The position numbers and the translations under genes are program-made. From the NCBI RefSeq assembly GCF_046119375.1, contig NW_027362763.1, forward strand, positions 61,318,001-61,382,000: a stretch of DNA of 64,000 nucleotides, in the 5' to 3' direction. Origin of the DNA: Phyllobates terribilis. Taxonomy: Eukaryota. The notes under the pieces are model-generated. The model was not told the origin of the DNA and made no database searches. It worked only from the letters and a program-made list of their open reading frames with translations. Below are positions 1-12,638 of the stretch, one piece after another (positions within the stretch are counted from its first letter, which is position 1; every line of letters begins with the position of its first letter).

Positions 1-112
1 CACCGCTGGAACAGAGCCGACACTGGTGGCGAGACTAGGTTTATGTGATCAGGGCCAAACATTTAGCTTAAGAAGGAGGTTGTCCTAGTAGTGGACAACC
101 CCCTTAAGTTGA

Positions 113-327
113 GGGTGCCAGAAATTTTGTCTGACCCATTTTTGGTGTTATATGTGAAATTATGTCCAATTTCCCCTTTTTTCTGTTTTTTTTGTGTTGT
201 TCCAATATACACAAATGAAATAACCATGAGTATAACAAATCATATGTAATTGCAATAATTTTTGGGGAGAAATACTTCATTTTCTGGAACAATGTCAATG
301 GTGCCAACACTTTCAGCCATGATTATA
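113..327. mobile_element. Terminal fragment of a Tc1/mariner-type element
   Basis: Two GGTGCCA-core direct repeats (gagggtgccagaaatttt at ~113; ggtgccaacactttcagccatgatta at ~300) ending in a TA-rich site, resembling an IR/DR Tc1 end; no coding part seen. Confidence 0.45.
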
Positions 328-332
328 TTATA

Positions 333-1615
333 CAGGGCTGCTCACCATTATTGGCACTCCTTCATTTTTTTCATAGGCTGTACTATATATTTTAAAATAA
401 ATGTTAATATACCAAAATTATATCCTCAGGATTTTTTAATTAGTGGTCCAAAGTAATACAATAATACAACGTTGTTTTTCAACTTCCATGTTGCAATTTC
501 AAAAGAAAAAAAAACAGAATAAACAGCATGTGCAGCAATAAAAGGCTCCCCTAATTAATACTTGGTTGCACACCCTTTGTCACTGATGACAACCTCCAAA
601 TGTTTCTTGTAGCCATCTATAAGCTTCTTGCACTTCTCAGCTGGAATTTTCTCCCACTCTTTGAGGTTTATCCAAGCTAGAGTCCATTTTTTCTTTTTCA
701 ACCATTGTCTTGCTGGAGGACCCATGATCTTCGACTCAAACCAAGTTTTCTTACACTGGGTAGGACATTTCACTCTAAAATCTCTTGATAATTCTCTGAT
801 TTCATGATTCTTGTGATATGGTTAAGCCTTCCAGTACCAGATGCAGCAAAGCAACCCCACAGCATTATGGATCCTCCACCATGCTTAACTGTTGGTAAAG
901 GTGGTCTTTTCCTTATCAGCTTCATTGCACAATCTGTAAACAAACTATTGCTTTGCATTGCCAAAAAGCTCTATTTTTGTATCATCTGTCCACAGAACAT
1001 TTTCTCAGAAGGATTATGGTTTTTCAAGGTACTCTTAGGCAAAGATCAGTTGTTGCTTCTTATGTCTTTTCTTCAGCAATGATTTCTTCCTTGGTTTTCG
1101 CCCATAAAGCTCTGCTTGGTTTAGTGTGCGGTGAATGGAACCATGACCCCAGACTATTCCAGGTTGGCCTTCAGGTCTTTGAATGTTTGACATGGTGTTT
1201 TTTTCCTCCATTCGCACCAACCTTCGAAGACATCTCGTCTATTTTCCTCTTTCCCCCACGTCCAGGGAAGTTCTTGACGGTTCCATGCTTAGCAAATTTC
1301 TTAACATTGTGCACTGTTGAAACTGGTATTCCAAGGTCTTTGAAGATGGCCTTATATCATTTGGAAGTTGTGTCTGCTAATAATAGCAGTTCTGATGTCC
1401 TCAGACAGCAAATTTGTCTTCACCATTGTGACATAGGAACAGGCGCTTCACCATATGGCTTTTTATAACACTGAGGTCATCATTCATTGGCGAATTCATG
1501 TCACATGGGCACTGACAATTAATCACAGGTGAATCTCTTGTGATTTACCACAGGCGAGTCAAAATGTGTTTCCATACTAAATTAATGTAAAGGTGCCAAT
1601 ACCAGAGACACAGCA
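333..1615 (-). mobile_element. Degenerate Tc1 DNA transposon (broken transposase)
   Basis: Minus-strand ORF pieces carry Tc1 motifs: LYGRKPRKKSLLKKRHKKQQLIFA (1035-1220), [21 protein letters not shown] (770-964), EWEKIPAEKCKKLIDGYKKHLEVVISDKGCATKY* (555-773). Starts TA|cagggctgctcaccattattggcac, with a partial inverted match ggtgccaata near 1592. Frameshifts, and the WPSQSPDLNPIE region is missing. Confidence 0.85.
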
Positions 1616-3779
1616 AGCTTCAGGTTTTTCTATTTTTCCCTCCCATTGTTTTTTTTGTTTTGGGGTGATGTATGCTTAGATTCAAAAGTAGTTGTTGCAG
1701 GTAGGCAATTGCTTAAATTTCCCTTGAATGTTGACAGCTATGCCTTTATAGATAATAACCCAGACTTAGATAACTGTGCCTCTAGCTCCGGAAATCAACA
1801 TGATGCCTCAAATCATAGAAAATTGCCATCCGGAATCCCTCTCTCACTATACAAAGGGGTGAACCCAGTAAGGACAGCCTCTGCTCCTAATGTAGAGCCA
1901 TGGATTACTATCGAAAGGAAATGTTGCAAAAAGAAGAATTTATACAGTAGCCATTCAAAGGAAAAGAGCAGTCAAGTAAGACATGGTTATGCCAAGTCTT
2001 ACAGAGCCCCTCACTACGGCAGATCCTCCTTGAGGGTAACATCCATAGTCGTCATTTCCCTAGTTGTACTGAGGAGACAACCCCCAAGTCATACAACAGG
2101 TAAGATTAGGACGAGCCAATCTAACCAATTATGGACCCACAATCTAAATCCAATGTAGGAAAATATTAATAAATATAAAAGAAATAGATGGTGGAGCCAT
2201 AGCTCATAGTTGTGGGTAACCAAATCTTTGGATAGATTATAGAAGTAGACTGAAGGAGAAAAAAGTTTTAATCCGCGGTATCGGTCCGGCAAGTGCCATT
2301 GAGGTGGTCTTTGATGCTACGGTGCTTTCTCTACACATAACCCTCCTTTAGCAATGGCTGTAGCAGGCTCCTGGTTAGACTCAAATATTTAAAAGATTGT
2401 ACCGAAAATATCCCCTGTCTGTAGGAAATCAGACAACTTCCTAATCACTGTGAGTCCAACAGTAAGGACCCCCAAAATAGGGTTCTCTTAGCCCTGTCTG
2501 ACTAGAGCGGTATTTATCTATGCGCTCGGCAATCTCCAGCTGTCCCACAGATTAGAAGGGATGCTGTATCCAATGGTTATAAAAGTAATATCCCAGATGT
2601 TGGCTTTCGACCACGGGGCTCCTCAATGAATGTGGCTCTGTTAAAATTCTCTGCCCAACTCAAGGAATGAAGCAGTACTATGCAAAAAAAATGCCAAAAA
2701 AGACTGCATTCCCTTTGATTAGGTGATCTGTGGAGGTCCCCAAATAAGCCACTGCCTTTCCCTTACCTGGGGTTCACGCCGATACCCCATAGGTGGGGGG
2801 AAAACTACTGTTTCGGCAAACGGCAGTGCTCAGAAAAGAAGGAGCATCGCTGGACTTTTTGAATGTAAAATTTCCTGGAATCCTTAACAGACGCCATGTC
2901 GTGTTTGTAGAGCCCCTGATGTGCCTAAACAGTGGAAACCCCTCAGAAGTTACCCCATTTCGGAAACTAGACCCATCAAGGAACTTATCTAGATGTGTGG
3001 TGAGCACCTTGAACCCCCGAGTGCTTCACAGAAGTTTATAAAAGAGCTGAGAAAATGGGTGGTGGATTCCCACAAAAATGTTCTTTTAGACCCAATTTTT
3101 TTTATTTTCCCAAGGGTAAGAGGAGAAATTGCACCATACAATTTGTTGTGCAATTTCTCCTGAGTACAATACCCCATATGTGGTCGAAAACTACTTTTGA
3201 GGCACAGTGTAAAGCTCAGAAGGAAAGAAGCACCATATTGGAGTTCAGATTTTGCTGGAATGGTTTGCAGGTGCCATGTCACATTGGCAGAGCTCATGAG
3301 GTATCAGAACAGCAGAACCCCCACCCCCCAATAAGGGATGCCATTTTACAAACTACACCCCCCAATGAATTCATCTTGGGGTGCAGGTGTTGACATCACA
3401 TACGTCTCTCAGGAATTGATACCATTGGGCGGTGAAATGCTGTTTTAGCCCCAAATATTTAATTTTTATAAGGGCCAGTAGGAAAAAATGGACCACACAG
3501 TTTGCTATGCAATTTCTTCTGACACATCATGTAAGTAATCGGGAAATACTTTTGAGGAACAGTGCAAAACTCAGAAAGGATGGAGCGGCATAATTTACGG
3601 TTATGGTTTTATGGTGCCATTACCCACTGGAAGAACCCCTGAGGAGCCAGAACACCCTATAAATTACCCCATTTTACAAACTACACCTCACAATGAATTC
3701 ATCTAAGGGTGCAGTGATCATATTGACACCACAGGTGTGTCACAGAACTTTATACCATTGGGAAGTAAAGAAAAACTAA

Positions 3780-5240
3780 TTACCGTATTTTTCTGACTAT
3801 AAGACGCATTTTTTTTCCTCCAAAATTTAGGAGGAAAATGGGGGTTGCGTCTTATAGTCCAAATATATATGTACACTATGGCTGTGGGTGCTGGTGGGTG
3901 TGGGGGGAGCGGCGGAGGAGTGGGGCACAGTAGGCAGCAGATGCCTGCTGCAGCCTACACTGTGCCCGCTGCTAAAGAAAATGAATATTCACTGCTCCCC
4001 ACACCCAAAATATTAATTTTCCTTAATAGCGCGCACACTACCCGCAGCGTGGCTCCTGCTGCGCTCGGTGGTCAGGTGCCCGCTATTAAAGACTTTGAAT
4101 ATTCACTTAAAGCCACTCCCATGGGGAGTAATGAATATTCATGCTCTTTAACGGCAGGCACACAGACCACAGACCCGCAGCAGGAGCCGTGCTGCGGCTA
4201 CAGTGTACGCGCTATTAAAGGGGTTGTCAACTACTTTTTATTATCCCCCTAATGTATTCCCCCGAGGCCCATTGTAAATACCTTGCGTTGCAGTTGCTGC
4301 CTGTGAGCGGCGCTATCACTGGCCACTCACAGGCATCACGTGACCCCCGGCTGCAGCCAGCTCTGACATCCGCTGATGTCACGTCAAGTTCTGGCTGCTG
4401 CCGAGGGTGACTTACTTTGAGTTCCACGGTAGATGCTGGGTTACCCCGCGCGTCACACCCGGCATCCACCGTGCACTCTCTCTCCTCATTCACTGGGAAA
4501 GCGCGCGGTGGATGCTGGGTGTGACGCGCAGGGAAACCCCGCCCACAACCCGGAGTCCACAGCGGGGACCGAGTCACTGATGTCACGCTTCACTTGACAT
4601 GACATCATTGGCGGGTCACGTGAAGCCTGTGAGCAGTCAGCGATAGCGCCGCTCACAGGCAGTGACTGCAACGCAAGGTAATTACAAAAACTCTTATGGG
4701 CCCGAGGGAATACATCAGGGGGATAAATAAAAAGTAATGGACATCTTCTTTAAAAGGAGAGTGAATGGTTACTGCTCCCCACACACACAGTCCGGGCGTG
4801 GGGAGCAGTGAATATTCCGGCAGAGCATCTCACAGTGTGAGGGCGCATGGCAGTGACAACATGAGCGGCTCACACAGCGAGATCCCTGTCAGCAGCAGAG
4901 CAGGAAGCAGCGAGGAGGGGAGTATAATTGTTTATTTTTTTGTGTGCAGCGTGATGGGGATCAGGGGGTGCCAAGCATACCAGGAAGAGGGATGAGGGGG
5001 TGCCATACATACCAGAAAGAGGAATGAGGGGGGGGGCCCATACATACTAGGAAGAGGGATGAAGGGTGCCATGCATACCAGGATGGGGGAGGGGGGGGGG
5101 TGTGCCATGCATGCCAGGGATGGGGATGAGGGACACATAACCGGAAGGAGGGGGTCATATATACCAGGATGGGGGATATTCACAGAATTGGGGGACATTA
5201 CCCCTATAACCGTGTCAGCAGCAGACCCCCTCCCCCTTAT
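3780..5240. mobile_element. Non-autonomous pogo/Tigger-like element (truncated)
   Basis: Begins taccgtatttttctgactataagacgca. Its internal blocks (gaatattca hairpins; acattacccctataa..gtcagcag) recur at 29290-29843, which ends in the complementary aaaaatacggta. Confidence 0.45.
4215..4753. mobile_element. Palindromic TTAA-flanked MITE (T2/Kolobok- or piggyBac-type)
   Basis: TTAA at both ends; long nested inverted arms (ggggttgtcaactactttttattatccccc..gaggccc / gggcccgagggaatacatcagggggataaataaaaagta; ccttgcgttgcag / ctgcaacgcaagg). Confidence 0.75.
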
Positions 5241-7591
5241 TTTCACACTGGTACAAATGGCACCAAAATTTATCACACAATTTCTGCTGAATGTAGAAAT
5301 ACCCCATATGTGGCTGCAGAGTACTGCTTAGCCACATGGCGAGACTCGGGAGGGACGGTGTGCTATTTGCCTCATGGAGAACAGATTTTTCTAGAATAGT
5401 ATGCGGGCTCCATATACAGAGCCCCTAAGAGCTAGAAGAGCAGAATCCCCCCTTTGGGAATTTATCTACAGGTGTAGTGACTATTTTGACTCCATGGGTG
5501 TTTTCCAGAAACAAGCAGTAATGGATATTGCTGAGTGAAAATTGCAAACTGCTGTTGTAGTGCCCATTATGTTGTAGTGCCCAGCTTGTGCTTCTGGAGA
5601 CATGCACCTGTAAGTTAGGAGGGCTCTCATCACTAAAGAAATGCCAAACATGTGGGCAATAAACGTGGTTTAGGCACACTGTGGGGCTCAGAAGGAAGAG
5701 GGGCAAACGCATTTGGGAGTGTAGAATTTGCTGAATTTCTTTTGGGGGGAGCGAGGAGTCCAAGTGCTTTTCCAGAGCCTTTGTGCTACCAGTTACGTGG
5801 AAGCCCCCTATATTTCCATTGACAGATGACGGCCCTGAGTGGGAACATTTTACATAAAGTTTAGGATCACAGTTATCCAGCGCCGCTCTACGCTGAGCAC
5901 TTATATCGGATTTTCCCTCTGAATCTGAGTGACGTGAATCAGATGAAACCCCCGAGGAATCCACTCCCTATAATGTGGCAGCAGAGATACTCTAGCCTTT
6001 GTCTGGCAGGATAAATGTGTGCCAAGCCTTACTGTGATCTTTGGGAGGCAGAATGAACAAATCAGCAGCAGGTGAAGAATTGGGTTTATTTATTTTTTAT
6101 GCCGTTCCTCGTGCGGTGTAAGTGATTAGATGACTTTATTCTTTGGGTCGGTGCGATTACAGCGATACCAGATTTCTATCAGGTTTTTACGTTTGGCTGT
6201 TGTCACACACACTAAAAGACGCTTTATTTTTTTGCAAAAACTAGTATTTGCATCGCCATATTTTGAGAGCTATAATTTTTCGATATTTTGTCTTGTCTTT
6301 TGTGGGATGAGTTGACATTTTTAATTGGTACCATTTTCAGGCACATGAAATTTTTTGATTACTTTTTATAGCGATTTTTGGGAAGCAGAATGAACAAAAA
6401 ACAGTAATTCAGGACTTGTTTTTGGAGGGCTGTTTATGCAGTTTCGCATGTGGTAAAATTGATAAGGCAGCATTATTCTTCGGGTCAGTACCATTACAGC
6501 CATACCTCATTTCTATAGTTTTTTTATGTTTCGGGGCTTTTACACAAAAATTTAAAATTCTAGAAAATATTTTTTTTTTGCATTGGTTTACTCTGAGAGC
6601 TACAACTGTTTTATTGTTCAGCTGATGGAGATGTATGGAGGCTTGTTTTTTTGCGGAACAACATGTTGTTTACAGCGGTACCATGGTTCTTTACATTTGC
6701 CTTTTTGATCGTGTTTAATTCCACTTTTTGTTCGGCCATATGATGAAAAGCATAATTTGCCGTGTTTTTTTTTTTTTTGTACAGTGTTCACCTATTGGGA
6801 CAGTTTTATAGGTTGAGTCGTTCAGGTTGCGGTGATACAAAAATGTGTACTTTTTTTCCCTAAAAATATTTATTTATGGGTACAATATTATATATATATC
6901 GTGATTTTTTTAAAAATATTTTTACAATTTGTTTATTACTTAGCCCCACTATGGGACTTTGACAGCTTTGATGGCAGTTATAAATGATAGCAGTGCTGGA
7001 GCATTGCTATGCTTTATAACCTGACAGTGCTGCAGACACAAGTTAGTTAGATCATGCACTGCACATGATCTAACTAACTTGCTAAAGCCTGGTGACCTGG
7101 ACATCGGTCACCATGGCACCATGACGCCAATCGGAGGGCAGAGGGCGCTCCCTGTTGATATGGTGTGACTGTTGTTGACATGTTGTGACTGTCCATGTCA
7201 TGCTAACTGACAGTCGCCTCCCTGCCTAAATGTTGAGAGGCGGCTGTCAATCAGCATAATGTCAGCAGTCACGTCCTGTTGACGGAGCAGCCCAGAAGAA
7301 GAAGAGCTGCTCTGTTGACATGCGGAAGCTGCAATGCCAGCAGGAGCGATCAGTGACTGTTGTGAGCCAGCGCTGGGTAGAACCGGCAGGTAGTTGCCCC
7401 TGTTAGCAACTGTTAGTAAAAAATAAACAAAAAACAACTTATGGGCCTAAAACTAATTGTCTTAGACAACCCCTTTAAACCACTGAGGAAAAGGTCTAAA
7501 AAAAGACAAATTAAAGGGGTAAAATGCAAGAAAAGAAAAGAACTAACGCGTTTCAAATGGATAGCCCTGCCCACAGTATTTCTCTGCGTTC

Positions 7592-7873
7592 GGGCTCTTT
7601 CACACGTCAGCGTTTCCGGTACGTGGTGACAGTTTCCACACGTACTGGAGACACTGACACACGCAGACGCATGCATACGTCCGCGTGTTTTCACAGACCG
7701 TGTGTCCGTGGGCAAAACACGCTGACCGGTCAGGTTTTTTTTACACCCTGCACGGGCCGCAAAACGTCCCACACTGAAGACATCCGTGTGACACCTATCG
7801 GCGCTTGGGAATCAGTGTACAGTTAGTACTGGTTTTTCCAGTACCGGAAATATCAGGACGTGTGAAAGAGCCC
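7592..7873. mobile_element. MITE, probably PIF/Harbinger-type
   Basis: TIRs gggctctttcacacgtc / gacgtgtgaaagagccc; a related copy lies in the opposite orientation at ~39530-39753. Confidence 0.7.
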
Positions 7874-7964
7874 TTATACATCATGGCCGCTTACCTGTAC
7901 GTGGTGCTTTGTACGTGGATTGTTTGTATGTGCATTGAAGGACAGACCGAGCACAAGAAAAGGA

Positions 7965-8645
7965 AAAAAACAGACCCAGAGCGAGAGTGGGCGCAAGAAA
8001 GAGGCAGACCCAGAGCGAGAGTGGGCGCAAGAAAGAGGCAGACCCAGAGCGAGACCGGGCGCAAGAAAGAGGCAGACCCAGAGCGAGACCGGGCGCAAGA
8101 AAGAGGCAGACCCAGAGCGAGACCGGGCGCAAGAAAGAGGCAGACCCAGAGCGAGACCGGGCGCAAGAAAGAGGCAGACCCAGAGCGAGACCGGGCGCAA
8201 GAAAGAGGCAGACCCAGAGCGAGACCGGGCGCACGAAAGAGGCAGACCCAGAGCGAGACCGGGCGCACGAAAGAGGCAGACCCAGAGCGAGACCGGGCGC
8301 ACGAAAGAGGCAGACCCAGAGCGAGACCGGGCGCACGAAAGAGGCAGACCCAGAGCGAGACCGGGCGCAAGAAAGAGGCAGACCCAGAGCGAGACCGGGC
8401 GCAAGAAAGAGGCAGACCCAGAGCGAGACCGGGCGCACGAAAGAGGCAGACCCAGAGCGAGACCGGGCGCACGAAAGAGGCAGACCCAGAGCGAGACCGG
8501 GCGCACGAAAGAGGCAGACCCAGTGCGATAGTGGGCGCAAGAAAGAGGCAGACCCAGAGCGATAGTGGGCGCAAGAAAGAGGCAGACCCAGAGCGATAGT
8601 GGGCGCAACAAAGAGGCAGACCCAGAGCGAGACCGGGACCAACAA
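7965..8645. repeat. 34-bp purine-rich minisatellite, ~20 copies
   Basis: Unit gcaagaaagaggcagacccagagcgagaccgggc repeated in tandem. Confidence 0.95.
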
Positions 8646-9390
8646 AGACAGAAAAAGGGCAGGAAGTGCAGAGAAAGGGAAGCACAGAGAAAGTATCGAA
8701 GCAGCAAAGACATACTAAGAGAGAACAGAAAATTCTGAAAAAAATATATTTGTCAGCCCAGCGATTCTTCATATCATGGCAGGTTGTATTACTTAAAAAA
8801 AAATGCTGGATTGGTACTTTATGTCACCATTTGTTAGTCATCAGTAATATAAGTCCAGTGTGTGCACACAATAAAATGATTGCCGGTCACTGTCCTCTGC
8901 CGTTTCCAGCGCGGCTCCGGTCCTCTCCCAGATCAGGTAACCATCTACCAACCTGTAGCTATGACCATCCGGTTTGGAGCGTTTAGGTGTAGACCGGAAG
9001 TAACTCATTAAATTAAGTCTATGAGACTGAGAAAGGAGTATATTAAAAAAGGCACCAACAGTCCGTGGTGTGAGCCGCTTAGTCAGAGCTGTACTCACAA
9101 GATGCAGGAGATGGACCAAAGATGGGGACCGTTAAGTATTTTCATGGACACACTGAACATATATTACTGATAGCATTAGCTATAAAAAAGCTAAAAAAGC
9201 TAGAAAAAAAACTTCAACACAATTCAAGAAGTGTGAAAAAAAAGAGAAGTAGTGTGAACTGTGCCTAAAAGCAAAGGGAGAATATATTCTGTTCTTACAG
9301 ATGCAGTCAGGATGCCATATACGTGCTTTACACCAGGCCGGCATTCTGTCCATTACAACTGAGTCCTATTACCAACAATACAAAACTCCA

Positions 9391-9396
9391 TTTATT
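9391..9396 (-). terminator. Candidate TDRD6 polyadenylation signal AATAAA
   Basis: tttatt on plus, ~100 nt downstream of the TDRD6 stop codon. Confidence 0.55.
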
Positions 9397-9498
9397 TAGA
9401 AAGAGATACAATAATTCCAGGAATAAAAAAAGTTGTGCAGCTTGGAAAGTCAACACGACAAACCAACAAAGACTTTACAATCAAGGAAATTGGACAAA

Positions 9499-9587
9499 TC
9501 ATGAATAACCTTGTTGACGAGAGGACTTCAGGTCAGGAAACCGATCGTAGGCTCTGAGCGAAGAGTGGTCTGACTCGACGTCACCAC
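9499..9587 (-). CDS. TDRD6: TDRD6 exon 4 (terminal coding exon)
   Basis: Acceptor tgttttgctag, phase 1 matching exon 3; reads (G)GDVESDHSSLRAYDRFPDLKSSRQQGYS* followed by AATAAA. Confidence 0.7.
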
Positions 9588-9824
9588 CTAGCAAAACAGA
9601 ACCAAGACTCAATATGGAACCTGGTGCTTCTGTACGTGTATTACAGCAAACACTTAGAACAGGGCTGAATGCAGCGCTCAAGTGACAGCCGCATCCCTTT
9701 CACAATGCTTCATATTTAATTGGCATTGCAGCTTCTCAACAACAAGTGTACGGCAGTGTGACTGGTAAAAAATAAAGATGACCCAATGCAGACTGCAGTG
9801 CTACACACTAAAAAAATAAAACGG

Positions 9825-9901
9825 ACGTTTCACCAGGTGGCTTTCTCAAGGAATATGTACTCCTTTGATATACTCCTTGAGAAAGCCACCTGGCGAAACG
9901 T
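9825..9901. repeat. Short near-perfect hairpin
   Basis: acgtttcaccaggtggctttctcaagga ... tccttgagaaagccacctggcgaaacgt; 28-bp stem with one mismatch. Confidence 0.85.
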
Positions 9902-10063
9902 ACATCAGAGTCCTGGAGGGTTCTTATCCTGTGTTATTCCCTGTACATATGGTATGTCTGCTCGTTTGATATTTGCTGAAATTCTCTTATACTTATAATT
10001 TATCTATCCACTTGGATTTTTTTTTTTTTTTTTATATATTTAATGATCCTGCTGCTATATCTA

Positions 10064-10745
10064 CAGTACAGATGAAAAGTTTGGACACACCTTCTCATTT
10101 AAAGATTTTTCTGTATTTTCATGACTATGAAAATTGTACATTCACACTGAAGGCATCAAAACTATGAATTATCACATGTGGAATTATATACTTAACAAAA
10201 AAGTGTGAAACAACTGAAAATATGTCTTATATTCTAGGTTCTTCAAAGTAGCCACCTTTTGCTTTGATGGCTGCTTTGCACACTCTTGGCATTCTCTTGA
10301 TGAGCTTCAAGAGGTAGTCACCGGAAATGGTTTTCACTTCACAGGTGTGCCCTGTCAGGTTCAATAAATGGGATTTCTTGCCTTATAAATTGGGTTGGAA
10401 CCATCAGTTGTGTTGTGCAGAAGTCAGGTGGATACACAGCTGATAGTCCTACTGAATAGACTGTTAGAATTTGTATTATGGCAAGAAAAAAGCAGCTAAG
10501 TAAAGAAAAACGAGTGGCCATCATTACTTTAAGAAATGAAGGTCTGTCAGTCCGAAAAATTCTCATCAAGAGAATGCCAAGAGTGTGCAAAGCAGTCATC
10601 AAAGCAAAAGGCGGCTACTTTGAAGAACTTAGAATATAAGACATATTTTCAGTTGTTTCACACTTTTTTGTTAAGTATATAATTCCACATGTGTTAATTC
10701 ATAGTTTTGATGCCTTCAGTGTGTCCAAACTTTTGGTCTGTACTG
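10064..10745 (+). mobile_element. Internally deleted Tc1 element
   Basis: TA|cagtacagatgaaaagtttggacac ... gtgtccaaacttttggtctgtactg|TA; transposase start MARKKQLSKEKRVAIITLRNEGLSVRK fused to C-terminus LIKRMPRVCKAVIKAKGGYFEE; long TIRs overlap the ORF 3' end. Confidence 0.9.
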
Positions 10746-11043
10746 TATATACAGACTTATAATTTTATGTTGAAGAGAACATTGCTATTTTTATTACACC
10801 CATTCTCCATCAGTTTCACTGTGAAACTTCCCTTCTGTATGGCCCCCTCAGATCTTTTCAAGTGTTTTTTTTTTTTTTTTATCTTTATGTACCAATAAAA
10901 TTACATATTTTATCAAGAAAACCATTTTTTTGGTTGTGGTTATTCACGTTTATTGGTAAGATATAGTATTTGTATATTGAATATCCACATATGCAATGTT
11001 ATGCTAATCATTTCTGGTGTCGTATTTACAGATTATACATTAC

Positions 11044-11121
11044 CTTGCTCTCCTGGAACGTATACAGGAAGATTTTGAGGAGACACATCGTCCGCCATTT
11101 CGTCAATCGCCTCACCCGAGC
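11044..11121 (-). CDS. TDRD6: TDRD6 exon 3 (78 nt)
   Basis: Polypyrimidine acceptor ttttaacttttctttctag and donor G|gtaatg; phase 1-1; open frame GSGEAIDEMADDVSPQNLPVYVPGEQ. Confidence 0.75.
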
Positions 11122-12638
11122 CTAGAAAGAAAAGTTAAAAAACACCATGCGATTACCTTATGATTTAATTAGGAAGTAGCCTTTTTATTCATGAAGAAAT
11201 AATAAATAAAATAGAGGGTTCGTTAGAAAATAGTCACTGCAGCAGTACAAGAAAGGTTGGAGTGAACTCTTTCTCCGGACCATCGTCCACGTCGGCGATC
11301 TGTAGCCGCTATACAGGAGACCTGCGAACGGCCTCTTACTTGACGCCATCCGCGGCTCTTCATTTGATTAGTTGGCCTGGAGCGTCATGCAGCAACAATG
11401 ACGTCGCACCAGGCCTGCTAATCAAGAGAAGAGCTGTGGATGCCATCAGTTAAAAGAAACCAGACAGCTGATTCATGCTGTCGGATCCACGGGCACAGAT
11501 GACTAGTCAGGAAGAAGAGTCCCCGGCGGCTTCTCCCTGCCCCCACCTTCTTCAGAAAAGTCACAGTAAAAAAAAAATAAAAAAAAAAATAAAAAAATAA
11601 AAAAAAAAATCACACAGCCACTGCCCGTGGATTAGGTGGCATGTATCAGCTGTCAGGTTTCCTTTAAGAAGCAGTTCTCAGGGCTCCCATACAGCGATCA
11701 CCGACATGGCCGATGGTCCCGGTTTTGCAAAACTATTCACACCAATTTCATGCAGATAGTTTACCTGCAGTGACACTCAGGTCAAGTATGTGATCACTTT
11801 TTTTTTATTTATTTTTTTTAACCATGTTCACCAAATGCTAAAACTGACCAGCCATTATGATTCCCCATGTCATTACGAGTTCTTACATATCAAACATGTA
11901 TAGGTTCATTTTTTTTTTTATTGGTGGAAAAAAAATCCACAGTTTAAAAAAAAAAAAAAAAAAAAAAGTGCCATCTTCCGAGACCCGTAGCGTCACCATT
12001 TTTCGGGACCTAGGACGGGTGAGGACTTAGTTTTGCACATCGAGCTAATGTTTTTATTGATACCATTTTGGTGTAGATACGATCTGTTGATCACCTGTTA
12101 TTGCAATGTTGCAGTGACCCAAAAAACGTAATTCTGGGGTTTCGATTTTTTTTTCTTGTTGCGTCGTTTACGGATATTTTTATATATTGATAGATCGGGT
12201 GATTCTGAACGTGGTGATACCAAATATGTGTATATTTTACCAAATATGTGTATATTTGATCGGCGGGGGTGCCGAGTGCGGGACCCAGGCCGATCAAACA
12301 GTAGTGGACAACTTCTTTAACAAAAGTGCTCATCTGCTACGAACACCGACCGCTGGGCGGCGCTCATAGCAGATCGGCTATGACAACCGCAGGGGTCTCC
12401 TGCAGACTCCGGATTGTCATGCCAACCTGCAATCGTAAAGGGGTTGCCGATGGGTGGAGCTAATGACGCGCTTCTGGCGCGATCATGTTAAATGCCGCTG
12501 TCAGAGATTGATGTGCCTAAGTATGTAGTGTCCACTACCAGGTACTGCCGAATAGCTCCATTCTGTTGAATAGGGGTTGATCTGCAGTACACGTCAGCGG
12601 CCGCTGAATACTGAAAGGCGCTGCACAGTGCTTCAATG

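Larger units (their letters stand above)
2640..7000. repeat. Large unclassified interspersed repeat with nested MITEs
   Basis: Recurring subrepeat accccatttt..aaactacacccc at ~2950, ~3340 and ~3665; no real ORFs; related blocks recur at 14100-14800, 22200-22990 and 60400-61900. Confidence 0.45.

Noticed and set aside
1646-2158. 170-aa plus-strand ORF as a gene or LINE fragment
   Set aside because: No recognisable motif in any frame, no splice context, and it does not start at ATG
7805-8772. Six overlapping 190-290-aa ORFs
   Set aside because: Artefact of a stop-free 34-bp minisatellite
1-9300. PLA2G7 3' exons expected from human synteny
   Set aside because: No matching peptide or exon found; probably outside the window
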